From Phoronis australis (lineage: Eukaryota; Animalia; Phoronida), in assembly GCA_002633005.1 (NCBI GenBank), contig NMRA01000176.1, positions 443,740 through 507,739 of the forward strand: a stretch of DNA of 64,000 nucleotides, written 5' to 3'. The notes below the pieces were generated by a model. The model saw nothing but the letters and a program-made list of their open reading frames with translations. It did no database searches and was not told the DNA's origin. Positions 1-12,966 of the stretch are shown piece by piece. The position numbers and the translations under genes were made by a program. Positions within the stretch are counted from its first letter, which is position 1; every line of letters begins with the position of its first letter.

Positions 1-1140
1 ATTTCAAGCATTGCGATACAATCTCACCAATTTTGGACAAACACATTTTCCAAAATTGATCATTTTTCAATTTTCAAAATCTTCTGACATTGATATGAAT
101 GCTCAAAATTTCTCAGAGTCATTGTATGATGGTAGCTATGGTATAAATCTTTAAAAATGTTATAGTAATTATCGCATGCTACTTATCTCTAATGAAAATG
201 CAAAAAAAGGGAATCTCACTTATCAGCCATACCATGTCTTAAATTAGAGAGATTTTACTGTTCACTAGCTTCTGTAGATTACAGCTTTTAATCCTATACT
301 CAGTAATATACACAGTCTTTTGTAGGGACACTATACGACAACTGCAGGATATTTATTGCATAAATGATGAGAACATAAACATGATTTTGAACAATTTGCT
401 GGATCTTTGGACAGATTCGTCATTGTAAAAAGATGGAAATATATAAAAATATCTGGAACAAAAACTTAGTTATGTTCCGATGAAAAATTCATAATCAAGT
501 GTTTATTACATATTCATGTTGAGGAATATAAACAGAAACTTATAAAACTGTCGCTGTGTCGTCTTTAACATGGACTGTGTCGAAAATGAAGAATTTTATT
601 TAAGATACACAAAAAATGTTTGTTACCCAGTTGTTCAGGTATATTCACATTTTATCAGCTTATGACCTATGTAGCTTAGAGAAACTAGAATTTAGTCAAG
701 CTCAAGAGTCGAGCATGTGATTAGAAGTCTTCAGCTGTTGCTAAGGAAGAGTTCATCAGTGTTTAATGTAAATGTTTATACTGTTTGAGCTTTAGGAGAG
801 ATCTTTTATTGAACACAGTGCTGAGGGATTTATGGATCAGACAGATGAAGACTAGGTTGGCCTTTCAAAAGTATTTTTGTTCTGCCGTATTAACTGGATT
901 GTTGCATTTATGTAAGTTCTTCTAACTTGCCCTATCCATCTTTTATCTTCTGGTTTTGATGATTCTCATCTTGGTGATTGGGAAAGAGATATGTGATGGT
1001 GGCATTCTCTTCTCTGAGGATTATTAGGTACATTGTGATTCATCTTGTACAAGATATTTTAAGTCCAAGACCTGTTTTGTGACTTTAGTACACAAAGAGG
1101 AGACAGTGAACTGATCAAAAGAAAAAATATTGCTTGTTAT

Positions 1141-2300
1141 TTATTTCGCCAAGTATGTTGCTCTGTCACTAAGTTTTTTTTGTTTGTTCGCACAATACAG
1201 GTCGCAATTTTCGTCTGATCATCACAAAATTTACACATAACACGTAGTTCCGGAAGTACTGGAAGCCTATTGTTTTTCGTCATAATCGGATCCAAGATGG
1301 CGGCTGTGGCAGCCATTTTGTTTTCATTTAAAGGTTCAAATGCTTCTGGAGGCTACAATTTTTTACGTAATAGGCTAAGAATTGGCACAGTAAATGGACC
1401 GGAAGTTTGCTACAAGTATACCGGAAATTGTTTACTTCTGGTTAAAGATGGCGGAAATATCGGCGATCGCGCATGCGCACCTCGATTTTGGCCTAAAAAC
1501 GTTTTCTCCTGTAGAGGGCGCATTATAAGACCAATTCCTTCGAATTTTTACAGGTATTAGTTTCTTATGACATGCTATTATACAAAGTCAAAAAACGGGA
1601 AGTTGCTTTCAAGATGGCGGATCTGGCGCATGTTGACCCATTTTCAATCGTGCTGGAGTGCGATTTTAAACGGGAAGAGAAAAAGACGTGATTTTGTATG
1701 TGGATTCTTTGAAGTATATTCTTTCAAATGGCCTCTAACAATTTTTTCTCAGACTTACCGTTTTCGAGTTATTTGACTTTGAATTTCTTAAAAAAATGCA
1801 AAATTTCATTTTTTTTCCGAAAAATTTACGGAATTAGGCGATGCCATCAGTTTAGATAGAATTTTGAACGGGCTTTCAGAAGATGTTTTCCATTTTTCTC
1901 TAGGACGTCTACTTTTCGAGTTATTTGAGATTTTCCGATAACGCTGTTCCTTTGTTGAGTGCTCTTGCTGCATTGATGTTGGTTTATCTTCTATTGAACT
2001 TGACTGTAGCCTATTTCTTATTGATTTATGACATCTTAGTTCGTCATATGAATGTTGTGATGTTGTTCATCATCGCCACCACCATCATCATATTCGTCAT
2101 CATCGTCATCATCTTCGTCATCATCTCCGTCGTCGTCTTTTCCGTTAATTTCGCCAAGTGTCGCTCAAGACTGTAGCCCTTTTCTTACTGATTTCGGACT
2201 TCTACGTTCGTCATGTGTATGTTATTATTACATCTTTTGTTCATCCTCGCCACCATCGTCGTCATATTTGTCATCTTTTTGGTTAATTTCGCCAAGTTTC
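1141..2300. mobile_element. Probable non-autonomous interspersed repeat with repeated core modules and (CAT/CGT)n tail
   Basis: Recurrent atttcgccaag (about 1144, 2148, 2287), three AAGATGGCGG-containing cores and a CAT/CGT microsatellite at about 2067-2140. The layout resembles Helentron-associated/pearl-type elements (inference). Confidence 0.35.
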
Positions 2301-3633
2301 GCTCCTCGGAGTGCTTTCATTATTTTTTCTTTCAAAGACGGTTCTCAACTGATTAGTTTTTTCCTGGTAACGAATTTAATGATTTTTTCGGTGCTGTGTG
2401 GTTTGTGTGTTGGTTTTTTCATCAGTAGTGGCTTAAAGTTGTTCTTTTCTTGTGGTTTTCTGTTTGGCTGATGAAGTATTGGTCTTTCACAAAAATGTTA
2501 GCAGCCGGAGCCATAGAAAAATAAAATTTTGTTAACCTTCGGCCCTAAATTGGTGATATTTTACTGTACTTTTATGATTTTGCATAAAAGTAAATGGATT
2601 TTTGTTATTTTAAGCATATTTCCTTAAGCAATAATATGAGTATGATGTTAATATAATTTTAGAATCTTGTATTTTGAAAAAAATGTTTTAGAGTTATATC
2701 TTATAATTTTGTAAATATATTCATAGTGACATTGTATATTCTGTGTTTTGTGACCAATTCTTATTCTTTTTAGGTTTCAAAAATTAAGTTTATGGAGAAC
2801 CTCACTGTCAAGCCAGTACTTTCAGCAATACAAAGTATACATTCACTGAAAATGGAAATGATGCAAACTTTGATTTTTAACTGTGTAATGAAGTGTTCTT
2901 AATTGGCTCAATTGACTATGTCTTTATTTAAAAAAAAGAATGGCATACCGGTATTCATAGCAAAACATTGCTATCAATGACATGGCCAAATATCACTTAT
3001 AAAATAATATTTTTTTCAAAATAAAATCTTAAAAGCGATGTTATAGTTTTTTTATTATCATTTCGTTTGATGTGACTTTACTCACTTCTGGAAATACAAA
3101 TCATAGCCAGCTTTCTCAAACACAATATGTCTCAAACCATGTTGTATCTACAGGGTGTCCAGGATTGTCAAAAAGGCGACATCAGCAAAAACCAGTGTCG
3201 CCAGCTTGAGTAAATGCCCTGTCATCAAAATCATAGATCCACTACTGAAATATTTCAGTTGATGAGCCTACTTTGTGTGTTTCATGTTTTGGTTAAAGGT
3301 AGGAAGGAAATAGTATTTAAACTGAAAATTTTAATGGTTTCGGTAATTATATTATTTTGCAACAAATTTACTGACACAAAATTGACATTTTTCTTTTTTT
3401 TTAAATTTCTGATCGTCTTGTTACAAATAAAGGAAATGGTCAAATGTTGTTTTATGACAAGACTACACCCAACAAACCTGATAATCATAACAGAATAAAA
3501 GTTTCCTAATTTGTATTTTTGTTGAGAAATTTGACAAAACAAAAGTTTCTTCTCCTCTCTATTGCGTGCTATATGTGAATTTAACCATAACTATGTTAAT
3601 TGTTCATTATTTGTTGCCAGGTATGCCAGAGTG

Positions 3634-6600
3634 ATGCCATCTGTTGCCACAGACTGGAACACTAACTTCAACAACAATGATGGCGAAGAGGACGGCAACC
3701 TTCGCAAGTGTTCCATCCAGGACCAGGTGTGCACCGACGGCTCTGGCAGACGTTGCCTCAGCCTTGATGGCGGCAACTACGCCCAGGTGCCATCTGAAGT
3801 GTTTGAACAGCTTAAGCTCCAGCGTCTGTCCTTGGCTAGCAATAGTCTAAGTCAGTTACCCAATGATATCCAACTTCTTGAGAACTTGGAAGAAGTCGTC
3901 ATCCAGAACAACCAACTGCAGGTGTTGACACCGTCCATTTTCCTGCTGAGGAAGCTGCGATTACTAGATGTCAGTGAGAACCAGCTCACTGGGTTTCCAT
4001 CGGAACTAAGCCGTGCTCGTTGCTTGAAGCATTTTATCGCTAGTCATAACAAGCTCAAGGAATTCCCATCCGCATTGTGCAGTCTTCCTCAGTTGGAGAC
4101 TGTTGGACTAAGTGATAATGCCATCTCTGAACTCCCAGATGAGGTATCAAAAATTGAACGTTTGGAAGTCCTGGGCCTTGAAGGCAATGAATTGGAGTTT
4201 ATAAACCCAGGGCTTTGTCGGTTGACTCGTTTGAAGAAACTTGGTCTCAGTGGCAACAGCATGACAAATCTTCCTAAAGAGTTTTCCAAACTGGTGTGTT
4301 TGGAACAGCTGTTGTTGGAGGACAATGCCTTTGAGTTCATACCTGTCCAACTGTACCAGCTTGAGAAGTTAGAGGATTTGGCCTTGTCAAATAACAGTAT
4401 AACAATGATCCATCCTGAAATTGGTGTACTCATCAACTTGAAGATCCTTGGATTAAATGGTAACAAAATCTGTAGGATCCCCGCAGAAATTGGGCGGCTA
4501 GTCAAACTTGAAATTTTGGGATTGGAAGGGAATGAGATTTCTGAAATTCCAAAAGATATTGCAGAGTGCTACAACATCCGGGAATTGTATTTGTCGGAAA
4601 ACCAAATTGAAGAGGTGCCATCGGAAGTAGGTCTGTGTAGCAATTTGCACATACTGACTCTTGCGAATAACAAGATATCCGGTCTTCCAGTGGAGTTTGC
4701 AAATTTGAAACGAATGCGGACACTGGCACTGAACAACAATAGACTGGAATTTTTCCCCAGAAGCTTGAGTTCTTTCCACCATCTGCAGACTCTGGCTTTA
4801 CAGCACAATGGTTTAGGGAACGTTCCAAGTGAGTTTGACAATCTTCTGAAGCTGAAGCATCTGAACATTTCCCACAACGAGTTCACTGAAATCTCTCCTG
4901 CCATGTGCAATTTGAAACGCTTGGAGACACTGATTGCTAGCCATAACAGAATTGGCCAGTTCCCCGACAATTTCTCCGAATTGACGGAACTGAGGCTGTT
5001 GAAAGTAGACAACAACGTACTTGAACAGTTCCCCGATTCTATCTGCACGTTACCTTTGTTGGAGACGGTGGATTTGTCCGGCAACAAAATCAACGCTGAT
5101 GTCACTTCCGATGTGGTCAACATGCATTTCCTGAAAGAATTGGATTTGTCCAACAACCAGTTTGATGCTTTTCCACAAGCCGTGTGCTTTATTCCGAAAC
5201 TGGAAGTGTTACGAATTCATCAAGAAAATGGGAAGAAGATTCACGACCTTCCGGAAAACATAGGACTGTCCTCCATCAGCCAACTATACATTAACAACAA
5301 CGCTATTGGTATTCTACCAAAGGATGTGGCTTCCATGCATCAGCTGACGTGCCTCGTGGCCCATCACAACAGGATTCGCACTTTACCCAGCGAAATATGT
5401 GATATGGAAAATCTCCGTGTCCTTCAGCTTGATAACAATCACCTGTCGTCCCTGCCAGAGAACTTTGATCAGCTCAAAAACCTCAAAGATCTGAGCCTCC
5501 ATGACAACCCGATGAAGACGCCACCTATTGACGTATGCATAAGTGGTGTCCTCCAGCCCATCGGACTGTTCGTCCGAAAACATGTGGAAAGAGAGGGTGA
5601 GTATAGTTGAGACTTTATATTCTGCAATTTAAGTCTGGCCATGTGGTGTGGTAATTCTACGCACTTATTTTGCCCAAAAATAATTGTCAAAATGTCATTT
5701 TTCATTTTTGAATGGCTGATTACCTTTTTGAAAATATTGCTTTGTGACAATTCTACACCCTGCAAACCATGCTTAATAGACTAAAATGTTCTTAATCTTA
5801 ATTAAATTTTTTTTAGTAGGAATTTTAACATAGGGTAATTTCAAATGTCGGCTATTCCGTGTGCTAAATAAATGAAGAACTGTCACAACAGATCATTATG
5901 TACTGATTGAAAAGCATCGGCAGTTACTGGTGTTTTGCCAAGACTACTGTACATCTGCACTGTACAATTAATGCAGTCAACCTAGTATAAGTTATACAAC
6001 CTGACTGAAAAATTTTGTTCAGTAGTGTGAAGCATAAAATGTTTGAATGGCCAATGGGTTGTGCAGAAACTAAGACAACAGTACTGTTGAACTTTGTCTG
6101 ATTTAAGCAAAAGTTTGACTTATGGAGGCCACTATATGTGGAGAGGGAGAGGGAGAAAAAAAAATTAATTTTTAAATCATATAAAAACATACATTGTTAT
6201 ATGACTGGGTGGCTAGCGAAGGCACAGGCTGCTAATAGCTGACTACTGAGTAACTATAAATTAAATAGATATTAAGAATTAAAAAAAATAACAGAAAAAA
6301 GTATTGGACAATGAAACAAAATACAAAGGCTGATTTTAAATCACTTTTGGATGACCACTTAAAAGTGCTCCAAATAGTTCACTTAATGTTGTTGCTTTCT
6401 ATGAGTTATCAAATTACTTAAAAGTGTTATTTTTGTTGTTTATTTTCTTTGGGGAATTCGTCAAAATAAAATATACATTCCTTTGCCATACTGTGAAGAA
6501 TAACCATAGACAGATCCATTTTATTACTTGTCTGTGCAGTCATATTAATTTTAAAACTATATTTTGTCCGATTTAACTGCCCAAAAATGGAAATCAAATT

Positions 6601-7471
6601 TGACCTTTTACTCTTATGAAATTGGTCTCATAATACTCCTTTCCATGACAGTGCGTTTAACCAACAAATCATGGAAACCATCAGCGACTGAGAAAACACT
6701 TCAGAAATGCTACAGAGTTTATCGAAATTGGCCAACTTTAAACTTGTAAATTCGAAAATGGTGCAGGTAAAAATTGCCCGTTTCTTGAGTTGGTAACAGA
6801 GACGGGGTCGTATCACTGTAAAGAATATTTTAAAAGATGCCGATTTTATCCGAGTATAAGACTACTGGTAATTCAATTTTTTTGCCAACCTTTTACGTCG
6901 TGTCTGTGCGCCATCTGTTGGCCACATCACGTGACCTAATGAATAGAAGCTCGAAAAGTTCAAGTCCCAGTCGGGGCAGAAATCTTTTCGGTTTTATATT
7001 CATTAGGTCACATGATGTGGCCAACAGATGGCGTGCAGACATGACTTAAATGTTTGCAACATATTTTCCACACCATATTGAAATTAACATACCGGTATTC
7101 ATAATTCAATTTTCATTTTTGAGCCAACTAAACAGGGTGAAATACATTTTAGTGAAATTCCTTTTTTTTCAGAGCTTCTATTGCAAAAGTTGTTCAAGAA
7201 ACTTCAGGAATCTCTTGATAAATTTGACCTGAGAGTCCTTGGACGCAAGTTTGGTATGAATGTCACGGCCATGAAAGAACTGGAAGACAAATACAAGGGT
7301 AACGCCAATCTTAAGGAGCGTATCAGCGCCTGCTTGAATATTTGGCGGGACGAAATGGGTCCGCTAGCAACACCTAGTGAGCTTATACGCCTCCTTCACA
7401 TCATCGGCATGGAAGACAGGGCTGCCCAGTTGAGGAACATTAAAATTGTATCCCAAGTACCAAGAATGTGA
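3634..7471 (+). CDS. LRRD1: Leucine-rich repeat and death domain-containing protein (LRRD1-like), about 753 aa from ATG 3634
   Basis: The large exon starts after acceptor ttgttgccag (3620) and runs to donor G|GTGAGT (exon end 5596). It encodes more than 20 consecutive LxxLxLxxNxL repeats and an LRR cap (LSLHDNPMKTPPIDVC). A phase-1 splice to acceptor tttttttcag gives exon 7173-7471, encoding a death-domain-like helical region (LRVLGRKFGM...ERISACLNIWRDEMG..AT..ELIRLL). The spliced length of 2262 nt is divisible by 3. An in-frame upstream exon (about 3127/3154-3209, donor GTAAAT) could extend the N-terminus. The gene symbol rests on domain architecture only. Confidence 0.8.
6882..7059. repeat. 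Palindromic (inverted-dimer) tRNA-derived repeat in the LRRD1-like intron
   Basis: Arms of about 75 bp (ccatctgttggccacatcacgtgacctaatgaata / tattcattaggtcacatgatgtggccaacagatgg) surround a B-box-like centre, gttcaagtcccagtcggggca. It belongs to the same family as 60678-60912. Confidence 0.75.
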
Positions 7472-10400
7472 AAGAAACATGTTAGATTATAAACTAACGA
7501 GTCTCGGAAATTAATATATGAACGCCAATAAATCATCAATACCAAATCTTCCTGTTTCATTGTTATTGCTTATTGTTATTTGTTTTTATAAAAATTTTAA
7601 ACTGTCACAGAGGTATAATTGCACTTTCTTTCAAATTTTCATAGATGTATTAAAGGTGCTAGTCCCACTTTTCGTCAAAAATTGTTGATGTCCACTTACC
7701 ATTATCTTGTCCGACCTTGACGTTACTTGGAAAGTACTGACACATTGTTACTGATTCAACCCAGAGAATGAGTTTGATTTGTTTGGGTCCTTTTAGTTTA
7801 GAACCCAAAATGTTTTTATCATTTTTTGTATTCGCCTATAAAGGGAGTCATGTTAATGAAATGTATAGCCACAATCACGAATTGAAACCACTGTGTGTAA
7901 AGGCTGATATTGCTTGTAGAATTCAGCTGGTAGTAGGGTGTGATTCTTTCGTTCTGTACTTTTGTTGACGGGGTTTCTGAAGCAAGCCCTTACCTGGCTG
8001 TAGCTCATTCATTTCTTGAAGAATAAAATGTATATTATCATCTGTGGGGTAAAGCAATGGTGTTTGATTTTCTTGAAGGGAATTTTTGCATTATTAAAAC
8101 TCTCTACATTTTTATATTTTTTATTGTAAGTTGACTGTTCATACTGATACGTGACAAAACCAGGCTCTTTCAAATAGATAGTTTCTTACACAACAAGATA
8201 AGCATTAATTACCTTGATCGTTTTGGCTCCAATCAGCAGCCATCTTTCGAAGTTATTGGACACTAGGTGTCGTGGTGATGAGGCACTTAACATGTTACTC
8301 AAAAGGATAAAATTATCTTGCGCTTACGTAGGACCCTAGAAAAATGTCCAAGTTTGGGTAACTAAGGAATGTCTCAGAAACGGCTGATTGAATTCATCTG
8401 AAACTGCTTGATACATTGTTCACAAAATGCTGTTAGACGTGATTTTAAGATGTTCCGGTTTTGCACGATTGGCTATGAAAAATGGGACAATAGCTTGATT
8501 GCATAGTAAACAGTCAAAATTTAGTACTACTTTCAGAAGATATGTTGAATTAAAATCTATATTTACGTAGACGGACTTGGCTAGATACGCAGACGTGTCA
8601 GAAGGGTTCTAAATAACCTTGAACTGTCCATAACGTGCATTCTAAACGTGCATTCTAAACGTGCATGTTTAGTAGTCAAGTTTTTATATCGGAAGAGACT
8701 TCTTGTCAATTTGGACCATGAAGGAATTGGTCTTAGTCCAGGGTGCTATTCTTGAAAATTTAATCTGAAACGTCTTGTGGCGACACCTGGTGGCAGTATC
8801 ACGACGATGGCTTAGGTGTGTGACGGGCCTGGGTGTGGAGAATACGTCGTTTTGGTTAGGGTACCGGCGGGGGTCCCGGGACTGCCACAAATCAGCACAA
8901 CCCAGTGCAAAAATGACTTGGGCTGTTTCGTTCAAATACAATACGTGCACAACAATCTTGAACATTCAGATATTTAAGTAGTTCAGTTTTAACACGTTTG
9001 AAATTTGATCAACGTACTTAATGTTATAAAATTGACCCCAGCTATTTCTCGGCAGGCGGTCCCCTAAGCGAATCCAGAGTTGGGTCCATGTGGTATTTAT
9101 GTTGCTGCAATTGAGGAAGATGGCTTTGCATCAATCTTTCGACACAATGACGTCTTTTGATTTCGGCCACTTATACATGATCACATTGGTCTCAAATTGT
9201 TCCCTAGTCAAATTGGATGAGATTTCATGGCTTCGAGAAAACTGGCAGTAAGTGCTTGAATTGTATTGCGAACAATAATTTCAAGGGCCCGTTCCAAAAA
9301 AAAGACTTAAGTTCATTTTTTACTTGTTTGTCGCAATTTCCAACCTTGGAAACTTCAACATCTGGTACGTAAATCAAAGTTAAGTCAAATTCTAAGTCTA
9401 AAGCTTATGATCTCTTTCTTGAAACTGACTTGAGACAAATTTAAGCTTTATCTTAAAATTGCCTGAAATTTAATATTTGTCTTGAGCTAAGTCAGTTTTC
9501 TTGCAAAAAGTCAGCAATCAGTCATTGGTCATTTCTTAAACTCTCGTCAACAGAATTTTTTTTGGCAAATTACACCACTCAGATACAATTAAATTAATTA
9601 ATAATCTGTCTGGGAAAATATCACATCTACCGTCAAAGACTATAATCTGCTTCTCCCTGAATCGAAATTTTCAAGACTGAGGATTTTAAGTATATTCAAA
9701 TGGAAACCTTTCTATATTTCAGTAATTCTGAACATGAAAATTTAAATAATAAATTATCCTCCATGGTACTTTCGTTTTCTCGAGTACGCACAGGGTTCTA
9801 ATTCTGTTGGCAGGTCTCTAAATACGCGCGCGTGATTGTGACGTGTGTGTGTCCGTTATCTATTGTTTATTACATTGCGTTTTCAATAAATGAATGAAAG
9901 ATATTGCTTGAGACAAAGCTTTGCTGGTTGGCTTGCCACGTCGTGTCATTGTGTGCACGGAACATGTTCTCAGGGAAATGGGGCTTTCAGTTCCTTGCGA
10001 GCCCAGGTATCATTTCTCACCAGATTAAGGAACAAGACTGGCGGTAAGTAGTCTGGGTCGCAAGTACGCTTCGCGGGCGGAACGGCGAATTCGTTGCCGC
10101 GTTAATCGACGCTAAGCGTGGGATCTGCGCAAAACACAAAATTGATAAACCACAAACGTAGGATTTTTTCAATGAGGGAATAGAAACGTGTCCCCTCCCG
10201 GTCGACAACTGTTACCGTTACTTATCACGGCAGGTTAGTTGCAGCCGCCACTGAGCAATTCAGCCAGACAGCGAAGGACGATGACGCGATTGCCTTATAA
10301 GAGCAAATCACCCAAAGAAACTCGATTTTGTCACCAGGTCATTCCGGTTAATATCGACTTTTCAAAGTCTGGTAAAATAAAACATTGGAGTTGACGAATG

Positions 10401-10550
10401 ACTAATATAATCCAGCTCCTGTGCCAGTGCGAGTGGAAAGGCCTAGACGTCACTTTCTCAGTGACCTAGAGACCTTTACAGGTAATTTACAAACCAGTTT
10501 AACTTTTTAAATCAAGATTGTATCTAAGAATGGTAAAAATAAAAACTGAG

Positions 10551-10721
10551 AGGTCCAGAGTGGTCCACCAAGGTACACCCAAGTTCCTAGCTTAGGTCCA
10601 GAGTGGTCCACCAAGGTACACTCAAGTTCCTAGCTTAGGTCCAGAGTGGTCCACCAAGGTACTCCCAAGTTCTAAGCTTAGGTCCAGAGTGGTCCACCCA
10701 GGTACACCCAAGTTCCTATCT
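10551..10721. repeat. Minisatellite, 43-bp unit x4
   Basis: aggtccagagtggtccaccaaggtacacccaagttcctagctt, repeated. Confidence 0.9.
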
Positions 10722-12966
10722 TGCGGAAAAACAAGATGCACGAAGGCGACATCATTTATTAAAAAGTCACGGTTGAAATACAAATTAAAATGCTATAAAA
10801 ATACAAATCATCGTTTAATAGACAAGTTGAGCGCCAGCGCCATATTCGAATCTTAACTACCACTATCAAATCTGTGGAAGACTACTGTCAGACTTATTTT
10901 ATTCACAAGAATGCAACTTTGTTCGTTTTTCCTCTAATGATAACATTAAATAAACAACCCAAACAAAAATGGAATTACAGGCCTGTTAGTCTAAAGTAAA
11001 CATTATTGGGACACCAGCGTAGGCCCAATTAAACTTCGTCAAATTCTGCCCTCACTTTCGTTTCCTTAACTTCGGTCGTCACACATTCCACAAATTTCCC
11101 AGTCACTTTCCGTCTGCTCTCCCATCGCAAGCTCCGCCCCTATGCGAAAAGTCACGTGATACCCGACAATTGAACGAGATGCCACAGGCAAATACACTGT
11201 CGTTAAAAGATATTCCTGGAGGAATCGATGAGTGTTTTTGCACTGTTTGAAAACGCTTCGACAGAGACAAGAGGCGATTCTTTTTAACAGAGAATCGTAC
11301 TTTCATGATATGGGAATTTGTAAAGGTGACGATGAGAAAATAAGTGCTCGAGGGGCCAGCGAAAATCCGAAGAACCCCGAGGCCTCGGGGCCACCTTCAC
11401 CTGACAATAGGCAATGACCAACGCCTCTGTTGGCCCCTGACCCCCCCTAAATCCACCTATGTAATTGTCCGTTTGCACCATTAAGACATTTAAATTAGGC
11501 CTACCTTCATAAGCTTATGAACTTGGCATTTTTTGTAGTTTCATTCCATAAAGGTATTTTCATTTAATTTTGAAGGTAGGATGATCACTAAGTCGTGGTA
11601 TGGTTACGAAAGATTACAAGTCTGGTGTGGTAGTTGCAAAAATATGGTATTTAAAAAAAATAACTCAATTTATTTTTAAAGCTTCATAAATTTAAATATC
11701 ATGTTTGAACAACTTCAAAATGAGCCCTCTCTAACTCTACAGACATAGTGTATACTAGAGGTACACGTCAAAAAGTAATTCAACAGTTTATTTTTAGTGA
11801 CAACAGCTCGACCAAGGCTTTGAGTTTAGTAATCCAGTGCCCCTCCCTGTGCCAGTCGAATCTCTGAATTTTGACCGGGAGAGAAGTTCAGTTGAACGCC
11901 AGCCTACGGGTTTATGAATAACAAAAATGCCCCTCTGATATAAAACAAAATAATGTCCATTAGGTTGAAATAAATAAAAAACATGAAATAAAAATGTCCT
12001 TGAAAACAACAATTTCCGGGTACCGCTAGAGCCTTGCTGAGATCCAGCAGGTGCCTAGACAAAGGCGGCCAGATGTAGGAAACTCGGGAGTCAAAATCTG
12101 AGATAGCCCTGCACCATAGCCACCAAGCTGAAAAGTGCGTATCTTGGAACTAATATATCTGTGTTTATTATAGCCTTCGAGTTATCAAGCAACATCGCTA
12201 AGTTCAGCTGCTCGTGAGGCCGTACAGTTTGATCCATTACGCTTTTCAACATCATTTTTCGGCTTAGGACATGCCAAAAATGACGGGATATTATTCTGGA
12301 ACAGCATAACGGCTGTCGGTGCTACACACGCCATATCAACACCGTTTCCCCATTCTTAGCGAACAATTTCTTGAGCTATAGACTAAAGTAAGTTTTACTC
12401 GACTACCTGTGGTTTATCGGGTAAAATGGCGGCTTTGAAACGCAGACGAAGGTGTGCCAAGAATGCTGCGTTCTGATTGGTCAATTAAGCCGTCCGTCAT
12501 AATCCAGGCGTGCGTTCAGTAGACGCGAGGACCTACGCTAGGACCTAGCTAAAACCTAGTCAAAGTCACGTGTTCTTATTTACAATGCACGGCAATATCT
12601 CACGTAATCTCGCGAAGTCTTGCTTTTTAGTGAGGTCCTAGCGTCACTGAACGGGAGGCTGGCGATAGGTCAGTTGCAACAGCTTTTGGAATTTCCGCCC
12701 TCAGTAAGGTCTCCGCTGCCTACGGCCATGGGTCGCCACCTACATTGTAAATTTCTCACGCGACACTTCAAATTACTGTGAGATGGATACCTCTCTTTAA
12801 AAAGTTTTTAAGTCCGATTTCGACAAATTCCAACTAACTTCATAGCCACGGAGCAGAAGTTAAAGTTCGACTTTTTCCGATTAGGCTAAATGCTCCTAGT
12901 TCTGTTCAAAGTGTTTAGAATCGTTGTACAGCTAGAACATAAATGGAGGCGATGAATCCTCTGTGA

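Noticed and set aside
4089-5156. Antisense ORFs of up to 195 aa over the LRR exon
   Set aside because: Expected shadow ORFs of a Leu/Asn-rich coding strand, with no motif.
10551-10721. 43-bp repeats as a CRISPR-like array
   Set aside because: The units are contiguous with no unique spacers, there are no cas genes, and the context is eukaryotic. It is an ordinary minisatellite. The same applies to 25387-25650.
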